This document shows, piece after piece, positions 15,601 through 24,601 of a stretch of DNA of 32,000 nucleotides. Under the pieces are notes generated by a model. It made no database searches. It was not told the origin of the DNA and worked only from the letters and a program-made list of their open reading frames with translations. The stretch is taken from assembly GCA_024277355.1 (NCBI GenBank), contig JAJRVL010000004.1, positions 1 through 32,000 on the forward strand, read 5' to 3'. The stretch's first letter is position 1; each line of letters begins with the position of its first letter. A program made the position numbers and the translations under genes. The DNA comes from an archaeon. GTDB taxonomy: Archaea > Iainarchaeota > Iainarchaeia > Iainarchaeales > 1-14-0-10-31-34.

Positions 15601-16005
15601 TTAGAAATCATCTATTAAATTATAAGCTTTAATCCAGTTTTCATCTAACTGCTGTTTTTTAATTAAAGAAAGCAGTTTTTTTTTATTATAATTCATTTTT
15701 TTCAGGTTAGAACAGACTCTTTTATCAATAAAAATTTCAGTTTTTTTGTCTTTAAGTTTAAATGACAAAGGATAGATTTCGCAGTCAAAAGGCTTTTTTT
15801 TGTAAATTTTGCATTGGTTTATTTTATTGTTTAAAAAAATGCATTTATTTTGTTTTCTCTTTAAAACTTTCAGTTTCCTGTAAGGAGTAATTATTATTTC
15901 AGAATAATTTTTAAATTTTTTTTCTTCTGAAGGTAAAAGAACAGGAATTAATTTTTCGTTTTGGCAGCATTTTGCATTGCATTTATTGCAGTTAATTTCA
16001 AGCAT
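15601..16005 (-). CDS. YkgJ-family CxxCxxCC cysteine-cluster protein
   Basis: CNKCNAKCCQ, later KCIFL...QCKIYKKKPFDCEIYP. Confidence 0.65.
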   Translation of the reverse strand: MLEINCNKCNAKCCQNEKLIPVLLPSEEKKFKNYSEIIITPYRKLKVLKRKQNKCIFLNNKINQCKIYKKKPFDCEIYPLSFKLKDKKTEIFIDKRVCSNLKKMNYNKKKLLSLIKKQQLDENWIKAYNLIDDF

Positions 16006-16097
16006 ATTAATCTAATTTTCACCGAAACACTTATTAATAATTAAACTCTATTTAATAAAGAAAAATTCATGAAATTAATGTTTTTAAGGTGGTTTAA

Positions 16098-16811
16098 TTG
16101 AAGAGAGTTCCAATAGGTATTGAAGGATTAGATGAATTAATTCAGGGAGGAGTTCCAAAAGGTGCTTCAATTTTAGTTTCAGGTGGAGCAGGAGCCGGAA
16201 AAACAATTTTTGCAACACAATTTTTGTATAATGGTGCAACAAAATTCAATGAACCAGGATTATATGTTACTTTAGAAACTAACTTAAAAAATATTACTTG
16301 GGATATGGAAAACTTTAGATGGGATATCAAAAAACTTCAAGAAAAAGAATTATTTAAAATTTATAAATTAAATTTAGCTGAAAAAGACTCTGAAAACATT
16401 GAAGAAGAAGTATTAGAAGAATTAAATATTATTTCTGAATACATTGAAAAAGTTGGTGCAACAAGATTAGTTGTTGATTCAACTACTTCTTTAGCAATGT
16501 GGATTAGAGGTTCAGCTGCAATGAGAAAAACTTTGTTTCAGTTCACTGACGGCTTAAAAAAATTAGATTGTACTACTTTAATGACTTCAGAAACAAAAGG
16601 AAGCAAAGATGCAATTAGTGCTTTTGGAGTAGAAGAATTTGTTGTTGACGGAGTAATGGTGTTGTATTTGCATCCTCCGCATAGAACAATTTTTATTAGA
16701 AAAATGAGGGGAACAAACCAGTCAATGTCTCCTCATCCATTTGAAATAACCGAAAACGGAATTGTAGTAAGAAGCAAAGAAGAAGTTCCATGGGAAGGCA
16801 TACACTTATAG
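16098..16811 (+). CDS. Single-domain KaiC/RecA-superfamily ATPase
   Basis: GIEGLDELIQGGVPKGASILVSGGAGAGKT (Walker A) and RLVVDS (Walker B). TTG start lies 5 nt after AAGGTGG. TAG stop. Confidence 0.75.
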   Translation: MKRVPIGIEGLDELIQGGVPKGASILVSGGAGAGKTIFATQFLYNGATKFNEPGLYVTLETNLKNITWDMENFRWDIKKLQEKELFKIYKLNLAEKDSENIEEEVLEELNIISEYIEKVGATRLVVDSTTSLAMWIRGSAAMRKTLFQFTDGLKKLDCTTLMTSETKGSKDAISAFGVEEFVVDGVMVLYLHPPHRTIFIRKMRGTNQSMSPHPFEITENGIVVRSKEEVPWEGIHL

Positions 16812-16836
16812 TGCCTTTAATTCTTTTTCTTTTTTT
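16795..16836 (+). terminator. Weak hairpin plus T-runs after the KaiC-like gene
   Basis: AAGGCA (16795-16800) pairs with TGCCTT (16812-16817) across an 11-nt loop. T5 and T7 runs follow, up to 16836. Confidence 0.35.
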
Positions 16837-16911
16837 AATTTCTTTCTTTAAACGGATTATTACTTAGTTCTCTTATAAAAAAACTTTCCTGATTACTTTT
16901 ATTTGATTTAA

Positions 16912-17841
16912 ATGAAAGTTTTGGTTACAGGCGGAGCAGGATTTATTGGAAGCAATACTGTTAATTATTTAATTAAAAAAAATTTTGATGTAATTGTATT
17001 AGACGATTTATCAAGAGGATTTAAAAAATTAGTTAATCCAAAAGCAGAATTTATTAAAGGAAGTTTTGGAGACAAAAAAATTTTAAGTAAAGCTCTTCAG
17101 GGAGTTGAAGCAGTAATTCATTTTGCGTCATTTATTTATCCTGAAGAGTCAATTGAAAAACCTGAACTTTACTATAAAAACAATGTAATGAATTCAGTTG
17201 TTTTATTAGAGGAAATGAGGAAAAAAAATGTTAATAAAATTATTTTTTCTTCCAGTTGTTCTGTTTACGGAGAACCAGAAAAAATTCCTGTTTCAGAATT
17301 AAATCCATTAAATCCTATTTCTCCTTATGGTGAAACAAAAAAAGTAATAGAGAAAATTTTAGAATTATATTTTATTATTTTTGGAATTAAAAGTATTTCT
17401 TTAAGATATTTCAATCCTTTTGGTCCAAATGAAATGCATAAACCTGAAATTCATGCAATACCTAATTTTATTAATGCAGTTTTAGAACAAAAACCAATTC
17501 AGGTTTTTGGAGATGGAGAACAAATAAGAGATTTTATTTTTGTTGAAGATTTAGTTAAAGCTCATGTTTTAGCATTAAAAAAAATTGATGAAATTAAATT
17601 TGATTTTTTTAATGCCGGTACAGGAACAGGCCATTCAGTTAATCAGGCAATTAAATTAATTTTTGAGTTAACTGAAAAAAAAACTGAAATTAATTTTTTG
17701 CCTGAAAGAATTGGAGATCCTAAAAAATTAATTGCAGATACAAAAAAAATCAGGGAAAAACTTGGGTGGAAACCTGAATCAGATTTTAAAAATTCATTAA
17801 AAAAAACTATTGTCTTTTTTAAAGCAAACAATAACTTTTAA
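16912..17841 (+). CDS. galE: UDP-glucose 4-epimerase family NAD-dependent epimerase
   Basis: VTGGAGFIGSN, SSSCSVYG and the catalytic YGETK. Confidence 0.8.
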   Translation: MKVLVTGGAGFIGSNTVNYLIKKNFDVIVLDDLSRGFKKLVNPKAEFIKGSFGDKKILSKALQGVEAVIHFASFIYPEESIEKPELYYKNNVMNSVVLLEEMRKKNVNKIIFSSSCSVYGEPEKIPVSELNPLNPISPYGETKKVIEKILELYFIIFGIKSISLRYFNPFGPNEMHKPEIHAIPNFINAVLEQKPIQVFGDGEQIRDFIFVEDLVKAHVLALKKIDEIKFDFFNAGTGTGHSVNQAIKLIFELTEKKTEINFLPERIGDPKKLIADTKKIREKLGWKPESDFKNSLKKTIVFFKANNNF

Positions 17842-17897
17842 AAAAAGGAATTCAGCTAATATTACTGGAATTTTACATTTCAATAAGGGGTGAATTA

Positions 17898-19214
17898 ATG
17901 AATAAATTTAAAGTAGTATTAATTGCTTTGCTTTCTTTGATTTTGCTTGCTTCAGTTGTAATAGCAGAAGCAAATAATTTAACTGAAAATACAAGCAATG
18001 ATAATCAAATAACTGATTTAGATGAAACAGATGTAGATGAAACAGATGTAGATGAAACAGATGATTTAGATGAAACAGATAGCTCAGATGAAATTGATGA
18101 GTTAGATGAAGAAGATAATGAATTAGAAGAAGCAGAAGAAACAGAATTAGATGCTGATGAAATAAAAGAAATAAAAATAAAAAAGAAGCATTATATTAGA
18201 ACCTTGTTTTTTTCTGGAACAGGAATTGCTTCAAGTCCCTCTGATGCAATGGATTTTTATACTGTAAAAGTTGTTGGAGGAAAAGTTGCTTTAACTGATG
18301 GAACAATTGTAGGAAAAGGTTTGCTTGTTTTAGACAGAGAAAAATACAGGTTAATTAATTTGACTGTTGAAGGAGATTCAGCTACAGCAGATATTGTTTC
18401 TTTGTTTAATGACATAAACTCAAGTGAAGTTACTGGAAGTCTTTCATTAACTAAAGTTGCTAAACCTGGGGTTGATGTCTGGGCAGGAACAATGATTTTA
18501 GATGGAGATTCATATAACTTTTATCTGTTAACTCATAAAAGAAAATTTAAGAAACTAGAATTAGCAGAAAAAGCAAAAAAGTACTGTAAGGAAAATCCTT
18601 ATGATGAAACATGCAAGTCAGTTGCAGGTTATTTATGTAAAGATAATCCAAAAGAATGCAGGAAAAAAGTTGAAAGATATTGTGAAGACCATCCAAATGA
18701 TTCAAGATGTAAAAAAATAGTAAGAAAATTCTGTGCAGGAAACTTAAAGGATGCAAGATGCAGAGAAGAAGTAAAAGAATATTGTGAAGATAATCCTAAA
18801 TCAAAGTACTGCAAAAATGAAGTAATTGATTTCTGTAAAGATAATCCAAAAAATGAAAGATGTCAGAATGTATTTACAGAATACTGCAAGAAACGTCCAA
18901 CAGATTCAAGGTGTACCAGAACAGCAATAGAATTATGCAAGAAAAACCCTACAGCAGAAAGATGTGCTCCAATAATAAAACAGTATTGTGAATACAACCA
19001 GAAAGCAGAATTATGCGGTACAGTGAGAATTGATTTCTGTAAAGAAAATCCTGACGCAGAAAGATGCAATGCAACAACAACTTCTTTGTGTAAATTAAAC
19101 AGATTTAAGAATTCAGAAAGATGCAGAGAAATAACTGAAAAAACAGATGAAAGAATCAGGAAAATAACCAGAACAGTAAATAAAGTAAGAAATACAGTAG
19201 GCGTGGTAGAATGA
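17898..19214 (+). CDS. Secreted protein: acidic DETD repeats, a beta-rich middle domain, then 11 Cys-pair repeats
   Basis: Signal peptide KVVLIALLSLILLASVVIAEA. All 22 Cys are confined to the C-terminal third. GGGGTGA SD. TGA stop overlaps the next ATG. Confidence 0.7.
   Translation: MNKFKVVLIALLSLILLASVVIAEANNLTENTSNDNQITDLDETDVDETDVDETDDLDETDSSDEIDELDEEDNELEEAEETELDADEIKEIKIKKKHYIRTLFFSGTGIASSPSDAMDFYTVKVVGGKVALTDGTIVGKGLLVLDREKYRLINLTVEGDSATADIVSLFNDINSSEVTGSLSLTKVAKPGVDVWAGTMILDGDSYNFYLLTHKRKFKKLELAEKAKKYCKENPYDETCKSVAGYLCKDNPKECRKKVERYCEDHPNDSRCKKIVRKFCAGNLKDARCREEVKEYCEDNPKSKYCKNEVIDFCKDNPKNERCQNVFTEYCKKRPTDSRCTRTAIELCKKNPTAERCAPIIKQYCEYNQKAELCGTVRIDFCKENPDAERCNATTTSLCKLNRFKNSERCREITEKTDERIRKITRTVNKVRNTVGVVE
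18021..18080 (+). repeat. 15-bp tandem repeat GATGAAACAGATGTA (encodes DETDV)
   Basis: Two perfect units at 18021-18050, followed by two degenerate units. Confidence 0.85.
18585..19124 (+). repeat. Eleven in-frame ~51-bp (17-aa) Cys-pair repeats, C-[KE]-[DEK]-N-P-x3-4-[RE]-C-x7
   Basis: The units include CKENPYDETC, CKDNPKEC, CEDHPNDSRC, CAGNLKDARC, CEDNPKSKYC, CKDNPKNERC, CKKRPTDSRC, CKKNPTAERC, CEYNQKAELC, CKENPDAERC and CKLNRFKNSERC. Confidence 0.85.
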
Positions 19215-19423
19215 AAAAGGAATTCATTATTTCTTTTTTCCTTTTACTTTCAGTTGTTGCAATTGGATGTATTCAGAAACCATTAGACAAACCTGATGTA
19301 ATACAAAAAGATGACAGCATAACAGAAAAAACTGATCAGGAAGTTGACTCTTTGTTTGAAGAAGAATTAAATAATCTTCCTGAAGACAAAGACTTAACTG
19401 CATTAGAAGACGAATTAGTTTAA
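19211..19423 (+). CDS. Small acidic lipoprotein
   Basis: The signal ends in the lipobox-like VAIGCIQ. ATGA overlap with the upstream gene. A terminator hairpin lies at its stop. Confidence 0.6.
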   Translation: MKKEFIISFFLLLSVVAIGCIQKPLDKPDVIQKDDSITEKTDQEVDSLFEEELNNLPEDKDLTALEDELV

Positions 19424-19432
19424 TTCGTTTTT
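19411..19432 (+). terminator. Hairpin plus T5 at the end of the lipoprotein gene
   Basis: CGAATTA (19411-19417) pairs with TAATTCG (19421-19427). TTTTT follows, then a very T-rich spacer. Confidence 0.5.
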
Positions 19433-19606
19433 CTCTTTTTCTTTTTTTTTAATTTTATTTATTAATTTTATATTTTAATTAACTTACTTTTTTTATTATT
19501 TTTTTAACTAATTATTTTTTTATTTTATTTAAGGATTTCTCTTTTTCTTTTTTTGAAGTTTTTGTAATTATTCTTTTTTTTTGATTTTTCGTTTATGCGA
19601 AAACAA

Positions 19607-19614
19607 TTTAAATT
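19607..19614 (+). promoter_or_regulatory. TATA box (TTTAAATT) for the leaderless 880-aa gene
   Basis: First T is 28 nt before the ATG at 19635. No SD. Confidence 0.45.
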
Positions 19615-19634
19615 ATTAAAGCGTATTTTATTAG

Positions 19635-22277
19635 ATGAATTCATTTAAGTTTTCTGTTTTATTTTTAAGTTTGTTTTTATTTTTATCCAGCAGTGTTTTT
19701 GCAGGTTATTTTTTTGAAATGGATAATGTTTCAATTACAACTATTGCAAATATTGATGGCGGTCCAAATGGTCCTTCTCCTTTAGGAGTTAATGCTTATT
19801 ATAACCAAGGTCCTCCTACTCAGACTTTAGAAAGCCTTCCAAATCCTGACTGGATTGAAATTACTTTTACTTTAAGAAATCTCTCTACAAGCGATTTAAC
19901 TGGAAATCCAAGAAGTGTGGATACTTTTGATTTAAGTTTGGATTTATATAATATATTTGACAGTTCACTTCCTTCTTTTAATTATGAATTAATTCATTCT
20001 GAAGCAGATATGACTTCTGATGTTACAATAGATCGTTTTATTAATATTCATTATCCGGCATCTAATTCTGATTTTGTTTATAATGCTACAAAACAGTTTA
20101 CTGTGCGTTTTTCTTTGAATAATATTGTTAATGGAACAGCCTTTAATGAAATAAGAGCAATCGGTATGCCTATTATTTTTGATGGTTCAAATAATGGCAG
20201 TTTAGTTGATGAAGACACTGGAACTTATCTTAATATTTATGTTTATGATCCTAATTTTGTTCCTCCTCCTGTTCTTCATGATTTAGATGTTTATTTAGAT
20301 CCAATTACTTGTATTAATCCTTTAACTGGAAATCCTGTTCTTGATGGTTCATTAGGTTCAGGGAATGGAACTACTAATGCAATTAGATGTGATTCAATTG
20401 ATTCAAATACAATTTATTATGAAGTAATGTTTGAAGATATTAATGCAAATCATAATGCAGCAACAGGAAATTATCTTAAACTGAATTATTTTGAATTTAA
20501 TTGTAATACTATTACTAATCCTGTTCCAACTGAAAGAATTGATCATTTTTATACTGGTTATCCTGGAAGTCTTTGGGCAGAAGATATAGGCCAATATATT
20601 GGTTTTCCTCCTTCCTGTGAATTTTTACATTATGCAGTTAATGAACCAGGACATAATGACTGTCAAACAAGTTTATTTAATACTTTTCCAGAATATTCTG
20701 CGCCAACAGATTTCACTGCAGTTCCTGATTGTCCTACTGGAACTCTTTGTCCTGATCAAGACAAAAATATTTTTTATAATGTAAATTTTTTTGCTTTTAG
20801 AAAATATCTTAATCCAGATGAATTTAATTTGCAGTTTGGTGATAGAAAAGTATTCAAGGGAACTGTAACTAATGCAATGACTGGCGGGAACTTTCGTTGT
20901 TATGTTACTGATGTGAATTATTCTTTGTTTGATTTAACTGATACTGAAATTACAACAAGAACTGTGAATTATGATAATTTTATTTATGATGGAAGCAATT
21001 TAGGTTTATATGATGGGATTGGAAATTATGTGTTAAGAGTCATAAAACTTAACGGGCATGATGCTTTTGTTATTAGAACTGGGGCATTTATGCCTTCAAG
21101 TCTTTATGTCAGGCCTTTAATTCCCTGGACTGTTGAAGTTCCAATTAGAAATAATGGAAATCCCTGGAATAATGCGACTCCAAAAGATATTTTATATGTT
21201 GATGTAAATATTATTAGTGATTCATGGAGTATTATTGGTCAGACTTTGGAAATAGATGGAAGTGTTCCTGAACAAACACTTAACACTGATGAAAACAAGG
21301 TTTTTGTTGTTTCTTTTCCAATAAATGAAGGATTATATCATCAGTTTTTAACTGCTGCTGCAATGAATGCAAAACTTTATGATATTAATGGCTGGATTTT
21401 TGATTTAACTCCTGAATCTCCTGTTTCTAATGTAAGGTTAATTACTATTTTGAATCCATTGGTTTATGAAATTTTAGGAGATGTTTGTTTTACTGATCCA
21501 AATTGGGAGTCATTATGCTGGTGGAATATTATGCCTTATACTTTGTCTCCAGTTGATTTAAATGCAGGAGAAGATATTGAATTTGTTTTAAGGTTAAGAA
21601 ATCCATTTGATTTTAATGAATTTTTTGATTTAACTTATGAAACAAATAATTCAGGAAATGCAAGATTAGATTTTGAACCTGTTAGTAATTTTATTCCTCC
21701 TTTTTCTACAGGAATGTTTGGATATAAATATGCTAAACTGGTTTTAAGAAATCCAAGAATATTAAAACAAGATACAAATTATACTGTTATTGATACTTCT
21801 GCTAATTATCCTTATGTTTGGGACAGCTTACAACTTGAATTCAAAAACTTTTCACATAACTTAAAAATAGAAAATTTCAGTGTTATTCCAGAACAGAATG
21901 AATATGCTTTAGGAGATGTATTGGATTTTGAATTATCAATAACTAATACTGGAAATATTATTGAAAGAGACATTAATTTTTTGGTGGTTTCTTCAATGGA
22001 TTCAACTGTAAGCTTTTATGCTCCTGATGGAACAGATATTAATCCAGGACAAACTTTAACTTTTACAGGAACTCTTCCAGGAATTCCTTATAAAAATGTT
22101 TTTGTAATTGAAGCAACAGTTGAAGCAGTTCCATTTGAATTTACTACTGTTGATAATAGTGAAAAAATTGTTATTCTTACAGGTTATGAAGGAGATGTTT
22201 CTGCTTTGCCTGAAACAAATTATGTTTTATTAATTTTAATTGCTTTAAGTGTATTGTTTGTGGTGAAAAAAAAATGA
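19635..22277 (+). CDS. Large lysine-poor, sequon-rich envelope protein with a C-terminal anchor (S-layer/adhesin candidate)
   Basis: Signal peptide FSVLFLSLFLFLSSSVFA. At least 12 N-x-S/T sequons. CARDB-like segment NFSVIPEQNEYALGDVLDFELSITNTGN. C-terminus is LPETN + YVLLILIALSVLFVV + KKK. Confidence 0.7.
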   Translation: MNSFKFSVLFLSLFLFLSSSVFAGYFFEMDNVSITTIANIDGGPNGPSPLGVNAYYNQGPPTQTLESLPNPDWIEITFTLRNLSTSDLTGNPRSVDTFDLSLDLYNIFDSSLPSFNYELIHSEADMTSDVTIDRFINIHYPASNSDFVYNATKQFTVRFSLNNIVNGTAFNEIRAIGMPIIFDGSNNGSLVDEDTGTYLNIYVYDPNFVPPPVLHDLDVYLDPITCINPLTGNPVLDGSLGSGNGTTNAIRCDSIDSNTIYYEVMFEDINANHNAATGNYLKLNYFEFNCNTITNPVPTERIDHFYTGYPGSLWAEDIGQYIGFPPSCEFLHYAVNEPGHNDCQTSLFNTFPEYSAPTDFTAVPDCPTGTLCPDQDKNIFYNVNFFAFRKYLNPDEFNLQFGDRKVFKGTVTNAMTGGNFRCYVTDVNYSLFDLTDTEITTRTVNYDNFIYDGSNLGLYDGIGNYVLRVIKLNGHDAFVIRTGAFMPSSLYVRPLIPWTVEVPIRNNGNPWNNATPKDILYVDVNIISDSWSIIGQTLEIDGSVPEQTLNTDENKVFVVSFPINEGLYHQFLTAAAMNAKLYDINGWIFDLTPESPVSNVRLITILNPLVYEILGDVCFTDPNWESLCWWNIMPYTLSPVDLNAGEDIEFVLRLRNPFDFNEFFDLTYETNNSGNARLDFEPVSNFIPPFSTGMFGYKYAKLVLRNPRILKQDTNYTVIDTSANYPYVWDSLQLEFKNFSHNLKIENFSVIPEQNEYALGDVLDFELSITNTGNIIERDINFLVVSSMDSTVSFYAPDGTDINPGQTLTFTGTLPGIPYKNVFVIEATVEAVPFEFTTVDNSEKIVILTGYEGDVSALPETNYVLLILIALSVLFVVKKK

Positions 22278-22921
22278 AAAAATTATTTTTATTTATTGCA
22301 GTAATTTTACTTTTTTCTTTAGTTAATGCAATGGAAAAAAATCCTTTTACTAAAGAAGATTTTAAGTTAAGATTAGATAATGCTTTAGGACAAAATAGAC
22401 AGGAAACTTTATTGAAAATTACTTCAGATGAATCTGGAAGACCTCAGCAAGAACAAGTTGAATCAGCTCAAACTAAATTTGAAAGATTAGATGTATTAAA
22501 AGAACAGGCAATAATAGAATACAATGTTTTTTATGATGCTTATTATGAAGCTGATGCAAAAACAGTTCAGGAAAAAACATTTAAACTAAAAACTATTTTT
22601 GATGAAATGAATTCTTTAATGGTTACAATAGTTAAATTTGATGGAATTTATTCAAATATTTATTACTGGGGAATTCAATTAGACTATTATATTGAAAAAG
22701 GAATATTTGAATCAAAAGATTCAAATAATAATATAACTAATAAAACAATTAAAGCAGTAAAAGAAAAAACTGGGTTTAACAATGAAATAACTGATATTAA
22801 TGCAGCTGTAAACAAAGATAAACCAGTTGCTTCTCAGGGATTTGATTTTGTTCCAGTTATTGCAGTAATTTTAATTGTTGTTGTAATCTGGATAATTTAC
22901 ATAATCTTTGTTAAAAAATGA
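22274..22921 (+). CDS. Secreted, probably helical protein with a C-terminal TM anchor
   Basis: Signal peptide LFLFIAVILLFSLVNA. C-terminal FVPVIAVILIVVVIWIIYIIFVKK. ATGA overlap with the upstream gene. Confidence 0.6.
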   Translation: MKKLFLFIAVILLFSLVNAMEKNPFTKEDFKLRLDNALGQNRQETLLKITSDESGRPQQEQVESAQTKFERLDVLKEQAIIEYNVFYDAYYEADAKTVQEKTFKLKTIFDEMNSLMVTIVKFDGIYSNIYYWGIQLDYYIEKGIFESKDSNNNITNKTIKAVKEKTGFNNEITDINAAVNKDKPVASQGFDFVPVIAVILIVVVIWIIYIIFVKK

Positions 22922-23054
22922 TGATTGTACTATGGATTTCTTTGATTTAAAGCGATGAATATAATAAGTTTTCCCTTTTAATTTTTTTATTTAAAATGAA
23001 TTAATTTTATTTTTTTATTTTATTTTTTTATTATTTTTTTACGGAGGATTTAAA

Positions 23055-24308
23055 ATGCCAGATATAAAAGATGAAAATTTAGCAGTAAAAGGAAAACAAA
23101 GAATTGAATGGGCAGAAAAACACATGCCTGTTTTAAGGTTAATTAAAGAAAGGTTTGAAAAAGAAAAACCTTTAAATGGAATTAGAATTGGAGCTTGTCT
23201 GCATGTTACAACTGAAACAGCAAATTTAATGATAACATTAAAAGCAGGCGGAGCAGAAGTAAAATTATGTGCTTCAAATCCTTTAAGTACTCAGGATGAT
23301 GTTGCTGCAGCATTAGTAAAAGAATATGGTATTGATGTTTATGCAGTTACAGGGGAAGACAATGAAGCTTATTATAAGCATATTAATTCTATTTTAGATT
23401 TTAAACCTCAGGTTACAATGGATGACGGGGCAGATTTAGTTTCCACAATTCATTCAAAAAGAACTGAATGCTTAGAAGAAATTATTGCAGGAACAGAAGA
23501 AACAACAACTGGCGTCATTAGATTTAAAGCAATGGAAAGAGATAAAGTTTTAAAGTATCCAATAATTGCAGTAAATGACGCTACAACTAAATTTATGTTT
23601 GATAACAGGTATGGAACAGGCCAGTCAACTTTAGATGGAATAATCCGTGCAACAAATATTTTGATTGCAGGAAAAAATGTTGTTGTTGCAGGTTATGGCT
23701 GGTGTGGAAGAGGTTTTGCATTAAAAGCAAAAGGAATGGGAGCTAATGTTATTGTAACTGAAGTTGACCATTTAAAAGCTTTAGAAGCAAGAATGGATGG
23801 CTTTAGAGTTAAACCAATGAATGATGCATGCAAAAAAGCAGATATAATTGTCACTTTAACCGGAGACATTAATGTAATAGACAAGCATCATTTTGAATTA
23901 ATGAAACCTGAATGTTTGATTGCTAATTCAGGTCATTTTAATGTTGAAATAAATATTGATGCATTAGAAGAAATAAAAAAATCAAAAAGAACTGTAAGAG
24001 ATTTTGTTGAAGAATACACTTTAAAAGACGGCAAAAGAATTTACATTTTAGGAGAAGGAAGACTGATTAATTTAGCTGCAGCTGAAGGGCATCCGGCTGA
24101 TGTAATGGATATGAGTTTTGCTAATCAGGCTTTATCTGCTGAATATATTATGCAGACTAAAGGTAAATTAGAACCAAAAGTTTATGTGGTTCCTGAAAAC
24201 TTAGATAAAACTATTGCAAAACTAAAACTTGAAGCAATGGGAATTAAAATTGATACTTTAACTGAAGAACAAAAAAAGTATTTAGCTTCATGGGAAACAG
24301 GAACATAA
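23055..24308 (+). CDS. ahcY: Adenosylhomocysteinase
   Basis: Carries [33 protein letters not shown] (NAD site) and [15 protein letters not shown] at 23043-23047. Confidence 0.92.
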   Translation: MPDIKDENLAVKGKQRIEWAEKHMPVLRLIKERFEKEKPLNGIRIGACLHVTTETANLMITLKAGGAEVKLCASNPLSTQDDVAAALVKEYGIDVYAVTGEDNEAYYKHINSILDFKPQVTMDDGADLVSTIHSKRTECLEEIIAGTEETTTGVIRFKAMERDKVLKYPIIAVNDATTKFMFDNRYGTGQSTLDGIIRATNILIAGKNVVVAGYGWCGRGFALKAKGMGANVIVTEVDHLKALEARMDGFRVKPMNDACKKADIIVTLTGDINVIDKHHFELMKPECLIANSGHFNVEINIDALEEIKKSKRTVRDFVEEYTLKDGKRIYILGEGRLINLAAAEGHPADVMDMSFANQALSAEYIMQTKGKLEPKVYVVPENLDKTIAKLKLEAMGIKIDTLTEEQKKYLASWETGT

Positions 24309-24309
24309 G

Positions 24310-24317
24310 TTTAAATA
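24310..24317 (+). promoter_or_regulatory. TATA box (TTTAAATA) upstream of the K-rich small gene
   Basis: The predicted TSS is near 24340, which leaves a short leader containing GAGGAG (24350-24355). Confidence 0.4.
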
Positions 24318-24361
24318 CAACTTTAACTTTATTTTTGTGTTGAATTCTTGAGGAGATGTTT

Positions 24362-24580
24362 ATGGCAAAAAAGAAAACAAAAAGAACTGTAAAGAAAAAG
24401 AAAACTGTTAAGAAAAAAACAACTAAAAAAAAGCCAGTAAAGAAAAAAGTAATCAAAAAGAAACCTGCAAAAAAAACAATTAAAAAGAAAACTATTAGTC
24501 CAGTTAAAAAAGAAGATTCAAAGAAAAGTTTTTCTCAGACAGTAATGGATTTATTGAGAGATTTCAATACAAATAAGTAA
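24362..24580 (+). CDS. Small polylysine protein (H1-tail-like), function unknown
   Basis: MAKKKTKRTVKKKKTVKKKTTKKKPVKKKVIKKKPAKKTIKKK... The ATG at 24362 sits 6 nt after GAGGAG. The track start at 24356 abuts the SD. Confidence 0.55.
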   Translation: MAKKKTKRTVKKKKTVKKKTTKKKPVKKKVIKKKPAKKTIKKKTISPVKKEDSKKSFSQTVMDLLRDFNTNK

Positions 24581-24601
24581 TCTTTCTTTTTTATTTTTTT
24601 T

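Noticed and set aside
18585-19124. Regular ~51-bp periodicity that could superficially suggest a CRISPR-like or satellite array
   Set aside because: The units are in frame inside a long ORF and diverge at the DNA level while conserving Cys/Asn/Pro positions. There is no repeat/spacer alternation. This is a protein repeat.
19430-19554. 19-bp direct repeat TTTCTCTTTTTCTTTTTTT (19430-19448 and 19536-19554) in the spacer before the 880-aa gene, as possible insertion-site duplication
   Set aside because: It is pure pyrimidine low complexity in a T-rich terminator/promoter spacer. No mobile-element gene or inverted repeats lie between the copies.
22917-22980. ATGATGA downstream of the 22274-22921 gene as a possible C box of a C/D-box sRNA
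   Set aside because: No CTGA D or D' box and no C' box at appropriate spacing. The motif is simply the TGA stop region.
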